Origin: Naegleria gruberi | Taxonomy: Eukaryota | Assembly (NCBI GenBank): GCA_000004985.1 | Contig: GG738852.1 | DNA length: 64,000 nucleotides | Reading direction: 5' to 3' (one strand) | The notes under the pieces: generated by a model | The model's input: the letters and a program-made list of their open reading frames with translations, nothing else | Database searches by the model: none | What the model was told of the DNA's origin: nothing | Translations under genes and position numbers: made by a program | Shown: positions 23,345 through 35,049 of the stretch, piece by piece | How positions within the stretch are numbered: position 1 is the stretch's first letter | Layout of the letters: each line of letters opens with the position of its first letter

Positions 23345-25110
23345 CTAGTACTCAGGACGTGAAGATATTCTAATCGTTAAATCTGAGAAATGATTAAAGA
23401 TAGCTCTGGAAAAGCCCTTTCTTTTACCAGGTAATATAAACATGGAACGAATGGTTCCTTTGCTATACATCATACTCGTTGTGTCATCGTAAATAGTTCT
23501 GTACAAGAGGTGAGAGAGGTGGGAAACATACTTCTTGATAACAGACTCTGGTTCATTTTGTCTGTGAGCAAAATCCAACCTCATATCACAAATTAGTAAG
23601 GCATTTTCAATATTAATCGGAACATCCACTCCAATAAAACCTTCAATTAATGGAACATATTGACATGATCTGGCAAAGAGGAAATAATCACACTTCCTTT
23701 CCAATAGTTGAGGAACACCAGTATTCCAAGCTCTACATATTTGAATGTAGGGACTGACAACTTTATCCTCTCCTTGTGCCAAAGTATGATATTCCAATTT
23801 GTAGTAAATTTCTGTTAGTATATCTTCTATCAGTTTCGCCTTGTCTGTTAATCTTTTATGTTCTCGATACTTTTCTGTAATAATACTATATGCTTCATCA
23901 CTTGTTATTTTTTCAATCATTTTCTTTACAACGTCTCTCTTAGCTTCATAGGCATAATATATTGAAAGAATATCGTAATAAGGTTGGGAGTGTGTGATAA
24001 CACTTGTTAAATCATCAAGAGCAAGATCCAATCTTCCAAAATGCCTATAGATAGCTTCTCTTTGTAGGTATGTATTTGCGTCACTGAAAACAACTCCTGA
24101 CATAGATTTGTACTTTCTTGTCATTATTATTGATATTGTAAAAAATTTGAGTGCCTTTCTCAAGAGTTTTTCCTTTTCTTCCTCACTAGTATTTTCATCG
24201 TTAGCAATGTGGTAACATGATTGTCCAATCATTGATGGAATTTTAACCTTGTAATAAGGATTGAGTATAATTTTTCCCCTTTCAATTTTTCTCTTTTTTC
24301 CACTTGATTGTTTAGATGATCTGAATTCTGGAGGAAGTTCAGATTTATAATCACATTCTCTATTAGATGTCATTTTCCAAATAGCCATCAATTCCTCCAA
24401 GGCTTTAGGAAATTGGGAATTATAATAATGATGGTAACCAATAGAATAATGTGGTTCAACTTCTGAATAGTAAAAGTATAATCTCTGATCATCACTACCA
24501 ATATTTAACTTTTCCAACCTTTGTTGTACCTGTTTGTCAAAGTAATCCTTCTGGGTTTTTGCTGAATTTAATAAAGTTTCTGCAGGTGCAAAATTAGCAT
24601 TTACAATATGTTTCCAAGCTTGGAATAAAGTAATTATCCAATTCGGATATTCCAAAATATCAGGACTCTTATGTGATGCTTTTTGAATTGATAAAATCAT
24701 TAAACTCTTATCCAAATCACTCTGTGCTAATTTTCTCAATTCCTTGTGGAAGTAACTAACTTGATACCACTTTGAAAAGATGAATTCCGATATCGGAAGT
24801 AGAAATAAATTAAATCTGAATCTATTCGTCCAATTTTACATACCCAAGGTATCCATTTTGCTCTCTGAAATTGTGGTTGATAATTTGTACTATTTTCATT
24901 GATACATTGATTTAAAATTCCTAAACTCTTATTAATAAAATTGTCTCTTCTTAAAAACTGTTGCTCGCACAACAAGGATTCCATCTGAATATTACCAGTT
25001 GAGAAGGTATTTTCCGTTAGGAAGGGACACTTCTCCAGTAATTTGTCTAGCGTATCAACTTCATCACTTTTTGTTGTTTCACCACCGAAGAACACTTGTC
25101 TTAAAAACAT
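23345..25110 (-). CDS. Hypothetical protein (about 560 aa), 2 exons
   Basis: Exon 1 is 25110-24844 (ATG at 25110; ends ...AKWIPW with a GTATGT donor). The intron is 24843-24770, 74 nt. Exon 2 is 24769-23345, with a caaag acceptor and phase 0. The second ORF in the track starts at an internal TTG. Confidence 0.6.
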
Positions 25111-25184
25111 TTTTTTATGTTGTGTTGGTATTCAAGAAGGAAGAGTTAATTTGGACAATTAATTGAGATTAATAATATCAAAAA
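25111..25184. promoter_or_regulatory. 74-bp divergent (bidirectional) promoter region between start codons at 25110 (minus) and 25185 (plus)
   Basis: Two ATGs in opposite orientation are separated by 74 bp of AT-rich DNA. A shared core promoter is inferred only. Confidence 0.35.
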
Positions 25185-27281
25185 ATGAATCACTCACCAT
25201 TCTATCAACATCATGTTCATCATCCATACCCTCCGAGTCACCAACAACAAGTACACCAACAACAACAGCAGGATCATCATTATCTTCCTCCATCAATGAG
25301 CCATCATCATATGACTCCACCACCAACATCAAATATGTATCATCAACACCACTCCTATCCTTCCAGTCATTTATATGCTGTAAATTCAAATTATCAAAAT
25401 TCAGGCTTTGGTTATCAACCCCATTTACATTCCTACTCTTCTGCTGTGCCATCACCATATCCACCACCTGTTAGTGAGCCACATTATTATGATATCCATC
25501 CTCCTCATAGTACTAGTGGGTCATCTGGTTATATGCCACCTTCTCAGGCTTCATCAAGAATGGAAGACAAGCCTTATGATTACTATCCTCCACCTCCACC
25601 AAGGTATTCAACAGGAAAAGAATATGGAAGAGTAAATAACAACAAGCCTAATAATCCAAATACCAATACCAATCACAATAACAACAAGAGGTTACATGCT
25701 AACAACCAGCACACTGAACAACACAACAAGCCTTCGGAAAAAATTGGGACAACAAACACAACAAATAATTCAATAACTAGAAAACCCCAATTTGAAAATA
25801 AGAGAAAAATTACAGTGGATATGCAGCCCAACAAGAAACAAAAACAAGCTGTTCCAACATCAAAAATTTCAACAGAAAAAACTAACGAAAAAATTGTAAA
25901 TAATAGTAATAGTAATAATAAGAATGAGGATAAATCGAGTGATGAAAAATTGGATATTTATAGAGTATTACGAGTTTGTGCAGAGAATAGTTCTGCTGAT
26001 TTGACAGAAAATGAAATTTTCAAATATTTTCCTAATGCTTTAAAGGTAAGAATGGAAAATCAAAGAGATTTTCTTGTTGAATTTTCTTCATTGGTCGACA
26101 TGATACCATATATTGAGTCGGAGACTTTGCAGGAAGAAGAGACTGTAAATATTTCCATACCAAAAAGTTTGATACCACCAGAGTATGCAAACAATACCCA
26201 AAAGTTAGTTCTTGAATTTATAGATTTCCTCAAACAAAAGCAACCTCAATCATCATCTAATGGTTCTGCTTTTGACCCTTCTAATTGGAATAAGCTGATA
26301 TCCTCAATCAAAATACCTCAAAATGTTTCTCCTTACGAGTTGTTGGAATTTAGAGAACGAAGAGTTAAGAAAGTTCTTGGTAAGAAGGAGTTTGGAATTC
26401 TCATTCATGATAAGCCTAAAATAACAGATAAGATAGGCTTTCCACTTTTTTCAAATCCTAATATGACAGATAATAGGGGCAATGAAAGGTTCTTCTTTTT
26501 TGCATTTTGCAAAACTGGTACAACATTCTTGGGCAAGGAAGAAATTTCCAAATGTTTTCCAAATGCCAAGGCCATACATTTTGATCCTGGTGATCATAGA
26601 ATAATTGTCGAGTTGAATAATCAAAATGACTTTAATGCCTACAAGAAGATTAGCCATTCTGGAAAACTACTTGTTCGAAATCATTCCTTCCTACTGAGAA
26701 AGGCCAATCCTAAAGACATTCCCCCAGATATTCTCAACCCACCACTCCAACAAAGTACAGATATTCCAACAGTTACTCAACCAAGTTCTGAAGAATCAAA
26801 GAATGCCTCAACTCCAGACAAGAATCTACTCTTACAGCAATTACGTCAACAAATGGATCATCCATCAGAAACGCCCAAGCAAGATCCAAAAGAATTGAGA
26901 AATGCCTTACTTGCCCAAATGAAAACACAACCATCAAGCGTTGAATCTTTGGAGAGTTTTATCAGCCTTTCTGATCCAGAAAGTGAATCATCAAGTGAAG
27001 AGGATGAAATGATTGAGGAAACAGAGGAAGACGTGAGGTCTTACTCGTCTTCTGAATCAAATAATGAGGAAGCTCCATCATCTCCCCAACATCCAACAAC
27101 ACCCAACAAGACTCAATTACTATCAGCACTTAGAGAACAAATGCAACAATCAGCTGAAAAGAAGAAAGAACCAACTCCAAGCACAACCTCAGTCTCTGCA
27201 TCAAGCTCCAATATTCTTGGTATAAAGAGAAAGACTTTTGCCAGTCACTATGCTCTATTTCACCCTAAATTTAACAAATAA
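25185..27281 (+). CDS. Low-complexity H/Q/P/Y/N-rich protein (698 aa) with two copies of a conserved FPNA-containing module of about 35 aa
   Basis: ATG at 25185 in aaaaATG context. The N-terminus has His/Gln/Pro runs (HHVHHPYPPSHQQQVHQQQQQDHH). The internal duplication is FKYFPNALKVRMENQRDFLVEFSS and SKCFPNAKAIHFDPGDHRIIVELNN. The C-terminus is Ser/Glu acidic. Confidence 0.65.
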   Translation: MNHSPFYQHHVHHPYPPSHQQQVHQQQQQDHHYLPPSMSHHHMTPPPTSNMYHQHHSYPSSHLYAVNSNYQNSGFGYQPHLHSYSSAVPSPYPPPVSEPHYYDIHPPHSTSGSSGYMPPSQASSRMEDKPYDYYPPPPPRYSTGKEYGRVNNNKPNNPNTNTNHNNNKRLHANNQHTEQHNKPSEKIGTTNTTNNSITRKPQFENKRKITVDMQPNKKQKQAVPTSKISTEKTNEKIVNNSNSNNKNEDKSSDEKLDIYRVLRVCAENSSADLTENEIFKYFPNALKVRMENQRDFLVEFSSLVDMIPYIESETLQEEETVNISIPKSLIPPEYANNTQKLVLEFIDFLKQKQPQSSSNGSAFDPSNWNKLISSIKIPQNVSPYELLEFRERRVKKVLGKKEFGILIHDKPKITDKIGFPLFSNPNMTDNRGNERFFFFAFCKTGTTFLGKEEISKCFPNAKAIHFDPGDHRIIVELNNQNDFNAYKKISHSGKLLVRNHSFLLRKANPKDIPPDILNPPLQQSTDIPTVTQPSSEESKNASTPDKNLLLQQLRQQMDHPSETPKQDPKELRNALLAQMKTQPSSVESLESFISLSDPESESSSEEDEMIEETEEDVRSYSSSESNNEEAPSSPQHPTTPNKTQLLSALREQMQQSAEKKKEPTPSTTSVSASSSNILGIKRKTFASHYALFHPKFNK

Positions 27282-27302
27282 AAAAAGATCTAGTATCCAC
27301 AC

Positions 27303-30300
27303 ATGTTTTGTAATCTGTTCAATTCCAAAACTGAAAAAAACAATGCAACAAGATCACATCACATCAACTCCACTCTAAATGACGACTATCTGTTCGAGTT
27401 GGATGATGACGATTCCACTCAGGACAATGGTGAATCAGCCACTTTAAATTCAATGCAACATTATAAACAATTCGACATTCATCCTCTCCTCTTACATAAT
27501 ATCATTCATCAAATTTTGGAATATTCCGATAATCCAACCAACATCCTACTTGTTAATAGAAGTTGGTACATTTATTTCCATCATGTTTATGTTTTGCAAA
27601 AAACAGCAAATCAGTCATTAATCTTGGATCGGATTGCAAAATCAATATACAACAAGGATGTACAAAAGTTTACAAATTATCTTCATACCATGGTACAGTG
27701 CCACGATTATTTAATGAAGGGAATTGTTCATTTGCAAATTCAATCAGAACCAACACCACCATTGGAAAATAATAATACAATTTTAGAAGAAGATCAAGTA
27801 ATTATGTGTTTATCCAATTCATCAGTTATTACTTGGAAAATTGGTAAATTTAAAATAGGAAAAGAGTTTAAAATTTCCTCACAGAAAAAGAAACAATCAG
27901 AAGGACAAAAATCAAAATCGAATACTTCTGTTTCATTCTCAGAGTTAGGTGAACAAGCAGAAGCTTCACTTTTCACTAGTATACCATCCTTGTCTAATTA
28001 TAATAATGTCATTGTAAGTAAGGTGAAAGCTGGTGAGAAGAGATTCATTGTTGTTGGAGGATCTGATTGTACCATTAGAGTTTTGGATTATGAAACAGGT
28101 GAAGTTAAGGCAAGTTTCTCAAAAGCCAATCGTCAACCTATTCTGGCCTTGAATTTGTTTGGTGATAAGATTTTGAGTGCAAGTGATGGAGTCTATGTAA
28201 TTCAATATCAAGATGTGAAGGAAGAACAAGAAAACGACAATGATGAGGAGGAAAATGCTCTCGAAAATGAATTTGAAGAGGAAAAGAAAAAAACAAAACC
28301 AAAAGTGAAACTCAGTAAGGAAGAGGAAAGAAAAAGGGAAAAGGAATTGAAAAAGCAATATCAGAAAAAGAAAAAGCCAAAAGATAAGAGCAGCAAATCT
28401 GCCTCAGTGACGAAACCAACTCTAACTCTTGTGAAAAATTTCAGGCACAACAATGCTGGTCTGGTAACATCTGTCAATATTCACAAGGGTGGAAAATCAT
28501 CCCTTTTGCTGATTACATCCCATAGTGAAAATAGTGTACGTTTGTGGGATTATGAAAATGAGAATGTGCTATTGGTTATTAGAGGAGACTACTGCTCTCC
28601 AGTATTTTCCTCATTTCTCTCATTTAAGGGATATGGAAAATCGAAAACATTTGATATTTGCTCAATCAATGACAATTTTGAGAATGTTTATGTGTGGAAT
28701 CCAAAAACTCATGATCCTTATCCAACTATTCAATTCCAGAGTAATACTGTCTCAACAGTTGAGGATATTCTATTCAGAAAAAGATCTTCCCACTCTAATT
28801 CATCAAATATTTTAATTCCAGACAGAGATTCAAAGAGTAATCACTTCTTTTTAATGTCCATCTTCCAATTTAATTATTCCATACCATTCCAAATTGAAAA
28901 TAATAACATATCTAGTTTGGGAAGAAGAAGTTCTGAAATTGGACTTTATGAACAATATGTTACTTTAGAACCTATTCACAAAAAGGAAATTCCACCATTA
29001 GCTGAATTGAAGAAAAACATAATGAATAGCCCAAGCAGCTATCTATTAGATGAAGTTTCATTGTAAGTTTTTTTGCATTTACATTTTCTTAAATATGGTG
29101 ATGAACTAGTTTATTGGAGAAGATTGGTTGGACCTCTTCGAAGGAAATTATTTCAGACCTTAAGGATAAAATTGATAAAGCCCAAGAAGAACCTCATGTA
29201 GTCTGCAAAATATTCGAACTCATCTTGTGGTATGCATGTAGAGTTGGAAATTCTCATTTGACATTGGTGTTCTCTGAGATAATACACTCAGTACTGTCAC
29301 AAATGAAACCTGGCAAAGGAAAAGATCAATCCTTTGAAATACTCCATACCTATGACGAAATCATTGACCGAGAGGATACCAAAACAAAGTATTTGCAACA
29401 GAAAAAGCTATCCTACACTTATCTAATGTGCACTCTTATGCGTCTTAACATGCATTACTTTTGGGATACTTTCAACAAAACATCTAAAAATTTTATTTCC
29501 AACTTGTCAGAGCAAGATCCAACTGCTCTCACTCGTTTGTTCCTTTACCTAAAGTTTTCTTCTGAAGGAATAATGGTAATTACCGATATATTAACAATGG
29601 TTGATAAGATGAAAGAATTCCTCCACAATTTAAGGGGAAATGTTTCCATTTATCACTCTTACATGGTAGATGATTTAATCTCCGTTTTGGATCGTCAACA
29701 GAAAACTAAAGCGATAGTCCCTTCTATTGATAGAGATTTCTTCAAAACTCTCCATCATATGGTTGTAACATTTCGTTCCAACTTTACCAAGAAGTTCATT
29801 ATGGATAATATTTACAACTCGAAGGAGCAAAACATCTTGGTGGAGAAGGATGTAGTTCCTTATTTATTTGGAGTTGGAAAGAAGAATATCATGAAAATTC
29901 AACAACAAAGTGGTGCAACAATTTACATTTCAGGAAGGGATAAAGACAAACATTTCGAACCAAGAAAGAAAGAAGATTCAATCCACAATAATAAGAATGA
30001 TAAGAAGAAAGGTGACCATAAGAATAACAATAAGAGTGAGAAACCAAAATATCCAAAAGAAAAGAAAAAGGTACAATATGATTTCTCTAAATTCTCCAAT
30101 GTAAATATTAAGGGTGATATCAAACAGGTTGATTTGGCCATTGCTCTTATAGATATGGTTATTAACAACTTTTTTGATAAGAACAAGTTGAATAGAAGAA
30201 ATCCACCAATTACCAAACTTGTTATCGACCATGATACTATAGATGTAGCGAATCAGTACTTTCAATTTGTACCATATTCTCGTCTTCCTCTGAGCATCAA

Positions 30301-31477
30301 ATTTATTAATGTGAAAAGATCCTCACTGAGAATTATTCCATCGAGTATTGTTGAATCCTTCAGCAATGTAACCAATGTTCCAAAAGTTCATAATTCTTCC
30401 AAGTTGGACAATGTAACTTTTGGTTGTTTGAACACATTCGAAAGAAGTATTTATTTTACCAATGAGAAGGAGGTATCATTCTTTACTAAAAAGTCATACT
30501 CGAAAGAGTTGATGGATTGCCTTTTGAAACCAGTGAAGCAGGTGAATGAATTTAAGGAGGAAAGCGGACTTACCTTGAGATTAAGTCTTGGAAAACTCTT
30601 TTTCTATCAGCTTCCAAACTATATCGAAAGTAACAGCAACTTTATTCAATTCTCAGATTTGGTTAATATTTTAAATAGGGAAATTGAATCCACCTCTCAA
30701 GAGGTTAGAGACATAATTTCTGGAGAAACCAGTAATTATCCATCTATCAAGAATGATTTCAAATTCTCATTTGATGATAATCTCAGTAAGCAACACCAAG
30801 CAACAATAACCTCAAAATTATCACCAACCGTATCTCAATTGCACAAAGTACTATCTATAGAGATGATCGACAAACAATCCAATCAATTCATCCAATTGAA
30901 TATGGCATTGTTGGATAGTGGTGTAAAACTCAAGTCAGTGAGAATAGTCAACTCTCCAATCATGAATATGTTCCATTTGAATTTGAAGGAAAACAATGGT
31001 ACCAAACAAGAATGTGACTATCTATTGAGCGCTTCAAGAAGTTCACAATTAACAGACATTGAACAATATCCAAACCTTTTCAATTTTGTTTCCTTATTAG
31101 AATTCCAATCATCAAAATGGAACCTCTCTCAAATTATTGAATTTACCAAGGATCAATTCAGTTCAAATGAAGGAGATCTCTACAATTCATTCTATATTTC
31201 CAACATGGCTGTGAAACACAAATTTATTTACAAAATTAATTTCACACCAATGGAAGATGGAATTTCTTCATTTGAAATCTCTCCAATCAACAACAACAAC
31301 AATACTGAACCACTCCTCGTCAATCTCACATTCCTTCAATACCACTGCTCTCAACACTCAACTGTAACAAGATATCAATGGAAATTGAATATAAAGAGAC
31401 AGATTCCAGCAGAGAGAGATGTTTCAGACATGGATATTATTTCACTTTTAGATTTTGTAAACATACTCACTGAGTAA
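27303..31477 (+). CDS. F-box-like/WD40 protein spliced in frame to a KH-domain protein (about 1370 aa if fused); alternatively two adjacent genes 27303-29066 and 29114-31477
   Basis: Exon 1 is 27303-29062, with an F-box-like N-terminus and WD repeats (GGSDCTIRVLDYETGEV, SENSVRLWDYENE) separated by a KE-rich insert. Its TAA at 29064-29066 lies inside a GTAAGT donor starting at 29063. The intron is 47 nt with acceptor aactag ending at 29109. Exon 2, 29110-31477, continues in the same phase (tt + t = F, then LLEKIGW...). It has no ATG of its own and contains the KH motif VPYLFGVGKKNIMKIQQQSGATIYISG. Confidence 0.5.
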
Positions 31478-31582
31478 ATAATTAAATTGAGATTTCAATT
31501 TTAATTTAATTGAAAAATGTTCAAAGATCTTGAACACCAAATTTGAACCGCCAAAATTCAATTTTTTTTTGTTTTTAAAAAA

Positions 31583-32386
31583 ATGGCTCCAAACACAAAG
31601 AAGGTCAAACTCTCCAAGGAAGAAGAAAATCAATCTGCTGCTTTTGAAAAGATTGCTCTCCTCCAAGAAGAAGTTTCAAAGCTCGATGAAGAATTAGAAG
31701 CTGAAACTGCTGTTCTCCAAGCTAAATATGATAAGATGAAGAAGCCATTCTTCGATCAAAGAAAGGAACACATTTCTAAACTCACCGAATTCTGGGCTAA
31801 CGTTGTATGTAGAATTATTGTTATTGGATTCTAACCATATTCACATTTATTATTGGTACTATTCCGCAATGTTATTATTATTTTAATCATCATGCATAAT
31901 TGATTATCACAGTTCGCTGCTCATCCACTCCTCTCCAACTTTATTGGTGATAAGGATATGGAAGTCTTGAAGTACATTTCTGATGTTGAAGTTGAATCTG
32001 ATGCCACCAAGGACAGCAAGGTTTTCAAGGTTATCATCAAGTTCAAGGCTAACCCATTCTTCAATAATACTGAATTGTGGAAGAACATTTCCTCCAAGAA
32101 GACTGGTGCTGATGTTTCTATGGACGTCACCCAATCTGGTATTGACTGGAAGGCCGGAAAGAACTTTTTGGCCAAGCCAGCTGCTGAAGAAGGAAAGAAG
32201 AGAAAGAAGTCAGCTGTTGAAGAAGATTTGGAAGACAGTGAAGGTTTCATTGGCATGTTTGCCCAAGAAACTGAAAATGATGAAGATTTCCTCTCCATCA
32301 TTGTTGATGAAATTTATGATAATCCATTGAGCGTCATGTTGGGCGAAGGTGGAGAAGACTCCTTCATTGAAGATGATGAACTCTAA
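31583..32386 (+). CDS. Nucleosome assembly protein (NAP/SET family) histone chaperone, 2 exons
   Basis: Exon 1 is 31583-31804, a coiled-coil N-terminus ending ...EFWANV with a GTATGT donor. The intron is 108 nt. Exon 2 is 31913-32386 (acceptor tatcacag, phase 0), encoding FAAHPLLSNFIGDKDMEVLKYISDVEVE...KANPFFNNTELWK and an acidic tail, which is NAP-domain-like. Confidence 0.85.
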
Positions 32387-32525
32387 ATTATATGATGATT
32401 ATATTTTCACACTAGATTCCTAAAAAAACAATTTAAATCTAAGAATTTTAAATTATTTGAATAATTGTGAAATAAATTAATTTCATAATTATTTTTCACA
32501 ATCAGCACAACATTTGAAAATCATT

Positions 32526-33635
32526 TTATTCTTCTTCATCACAAAAATTGTGTTCTAATTGGACAAGATTCTTTAAATAAGGGCTATTTGATATTATGGA
32601 AGAAGATGAGGCAGAATAGGTATTCAATATTGGTCTTATTCTAAAGTTCTTGTTTCCATTATTGTTTAATAGATATAGAACTTGCAATTTTTTCATATTT
32701 GGACTATTTGAAAGTATTTTGATTCCTTCGTCTGTAATCAAATTACCAGACAAATTCAAGTGAGTTAAGTTCAACATGTTAGAACAAATACAAGACAGCC
32801 CTTCATCTCCAATACTATTTCCATCCAAATTAAGATTTGTCAATTGAGTTAAATATTGACTCGTGGCTAAATAGGATGCACCTTCTTTTTCAACTCTGTT
32901 TCTTTTCAAGTTTAAACAAGTAAGGTTTGAAAGAAAAGGAGAGCTTGCAAGGTATTTAACTCCTTCAGCTCTTAAATTATTTCCATCCAAATTGAGCTCA
33001 GTCAAGTTTGACATGTGTGGAGTATTGGCAAGATGACGTGCAAAGTTGGCATCAACTTTGCATCTTGGTAAATAAAGTTCCTTCAGATTTGAAAACTTTT
33101 CACTCTCAATAATCCTAATTGCTCCAATATTGAGAATTCTTGAGTCAGCAAACTTCAAACTAGTCAACCCAGAAACATTTCCACTTTTTGCAATGAAAAA
33201 AGCAGATTTTGGCCTGGCATTATACACTTGTAATTTCTTCAACTTTGAATTCTTTGAGCAATTAATAGTCTTGTTGACAATTCCACTATCTGTTCCTTGC
33301 ATACTCAACTCCATTACATTATTAAAGAATTTGCTCTTATAAAATTTGTGGTATTGAACCTGTGAGCGATAGGAACTTTTGAGTTCAATTTTACATTCTA
33401 GTTGCTTGATCATTAACAGCCATTCTTTGCACACTAATGCTAGCCGGGTGGCACAATTGAAAGGGCAAATAAATTGCATGATGACACTAATGCAATCTGT
33501 TTGATCTTTCAATCCTTCCAAACAATTCTTTTCATAATAAATTTCAGGTTCCTCTTCATATTCTTCGTAGTCTCCCTGAAATTCTTCCTGTTCTTCACAT
33601 ACGGGAAGCAGAAGCTCATCAGTAATTGCAGACAT
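32526..33635 (-). CDS. F-box-like / RNI-type leucine-rich repeat protein (369 aa)
   Basis: ATG at 33635. C-terminal RNI-like LRRs appear as LTELNLDGNNLRAEGVKYLA, LTCLNLKRNRVEKEGASYLA, LTNLNLDGNSIGDEGL and LTHLNLSGNLITDEGIKIL. Confidence 0.75.
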   Translation of the reverse strand: MSAITDELLLPVCEEQEEFQGDYEEYEEEPEIYYEKNCLEGLKDQTDCISVIMQFICPFNCATRLALVCKEWLLMIKQLECKIELKSSYRSQVQYHKFYKSKFFNNVMELSMQGTDSGIVNKTINCSKNSKLKKLQVYNARPKSAFFIAKSGNVSGLTSLKFADSRILNIGAIRIIESEKFSNLKELYLPRCKVDANFARHLANTPHMSNLTELNLDGNNLRAEGVKYLASSPFLSNLTCLNLKRNRVEKEGASYLATSQYLTQLTNLNLDGNSIGDEGLSCICSNMLNLTHLNLSGNLITDEGIKILSNSPNMKKLQVLYLLNNNGNKNFRIRPILNTYSASSSSIISNSPYLKNLVQLEHNFCDEEE

Positions 33636-33732
33636 TTTTTCATTTCAAGATTGAACATCTCCATAAAATTGCATTTAAAAAATTGTGAAATTATTAATTA
33701 TTCTAAATACAAAGTTACAAAATATTTAATGA

Positions 33733-34953
33733 TTAACAATCCTTTTCAATGAATAATCTTCTCACATTGGGAAATATCTTTTCAATTTTGTAATCCAATT
33801 TGTTTTCTCTCAAATCCAAACTGTATAAAGAATTTAAATTACTTAAATAATTTGCACCATTTTTGGTAATTTGATTATTTCTTAATTGTAAATATTTTAA
33901 ATGAGAAAATTTAGAAATAATTTTTGCACCTTGATCCTCAATATTGTTACCATTCAAGTTTAAATCAGTCAGTTTCCTTAAATTTCCTAAATTAGTAATT
34001 CCAGAATCGCTCAATCCATTATATGACAAATTTAGAAAGGTTAAATTGGCTAATTTCCCAATATTTACTAATCCAGCATCTCGAATTACATTTCCACTCA
34101 AATTCAAACTTGTGAAACTTGAAATATTCGAAAGGAACTCAGCACCTTTCGAATTAATATTCGAATTCCACAATTTAAGATGATTCAAACTAGTCAATTT
34201 TGAAATATTTTCAATATCTTCTTCCTTATTGTATTTAACATTGAGAATTAATGAATTTAAACTTTTCATTTCGGATAAATGAGCAGAAGTTCCATAACTA
34301 TCTGGACTACAGTTCAATTCTTTCAGATTCGTCAATTTTTTCAAATAGGCAACCGATTCCGCCTCCAATCTTAACTCTCCCAATATCAAAGATTCCAATA
34401 ATTTCATTTCAGAAATATAAACAATCGACTGCTTTCCAATATCTGTACAGAAAATATTCAACCTTCTCATTGATGGAATTAATGAAATTTCCTTCACATG
34501 TGCATCAGTCACTAGTTCGTTATAACTCAAATCTAAAGCAGTTAAATTCTTTAGTTTTGAGAATATTTTGGTATTTGTTATTCGAACCTGGTGATGATTA
34601 AACGAAAGGTCAGTAACGGATTCTAGTGTTGGGAAGTAGTCAATCATTCTGGAATGAAACTTTCCTTCGATTTTTAAACAACTTTTCAAGACTCTGCTTT
34701 TGCAACATGCCAAGAAACTGTCAACATTTTTAGTGTTGACATTGACAGTGAAAGGTGTTTGTGAAATTAGCTGATTCCAATATTTGCAGACTAATCGGAG
34801 TTTGGAAATTAAATTCTTGTAGGAAAGGCAAATGAAAATGTGATGAGTAATAATTTCACCTGGAATGGAGTGAAATTCACAAGTTTCGTTTGGATTCTCC
34901 AACTTTATTTTCTCTTCCGAGAAGGAAATGAGTGAAATAAGTTGTTGCCACAT
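33733..34953 (-). CDS. F-box-like / RNI-type leucine-rich repeat protein (406 aa), tandem paralogue of 32526-33635
   Basis: ATG at 34953. The N-terminus is F-box-like (HHIFICLSYKNLISKLRLVCKYWNQLI). RNI-type LRRs appear as LTSLNLSGNVIRDAGL, LTFLNLSYNGLSDSGI and LTDLNLNGNNIEDQGAKII. Same strand and architecture as the neighbour. Confidence 0.75.
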   Translation of the reverse strand: MWQQLISLISFSEEKIKLENPNETCEFHSIPGEIITHHIFICLSYKNLISKLRLVCKYWNQLISQTPFTVNVNTKNVDSFLACCKSRVLKSCLKIEGKFHSRMIDYFPTLESVTDLSFNHHQVRITNTKIFSKLKNLTALDLSYNELVTDAHVKEISLIPSMRRLNIFCTDIGKQSIVYISEMKLLESLILGELRLEAESVAYLKKLTNLKELNCSPDSYGTSAHLSEMKSLNSLILNVKYNKEEDIENISKLTSLNHLKLWNSNINSKGAEFLSNISSFTSLNLSGNVIRDAGLVNIGKLANLTFLNLSYNGLSDSGITNLGNLRKLTDLNLNGNNIEDQGAKIISKFSHLKYLQLRNNQITKNGANYLSNLNSLYSLDLRENKLDYKIEKIFPNVRRLFIEKDC

Positions 34954-35049
34954 TTTTTATGTTGATCCATTAGAAATTCAATGATAACTCCAACACTTTA
35001 CAATAATTCTATTTTAATCAAAAGTTTAATTCAATCCAATAATATTATT

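Noticed and set aside
27282-27302. Merging the 25185-27281 and 27303 genes into one gene by an intron
   Set aside because: No GT donor in a compatible phase exists near the TAA at 27279-27281, and the downstream ORF has a bona fide ATG. I kept them as separate genes and flagged the 21-bp spacing as a finding instead.
31907-32330. Antisense and alternative-frame ORFs (31907-32134, 31921-32301, 31983-32330) overlapping the NAP gene
   Set aside because: They overlap a well-supported conserved CDS in other frames and have no start context or homology, so I treat them as frame artefacts.
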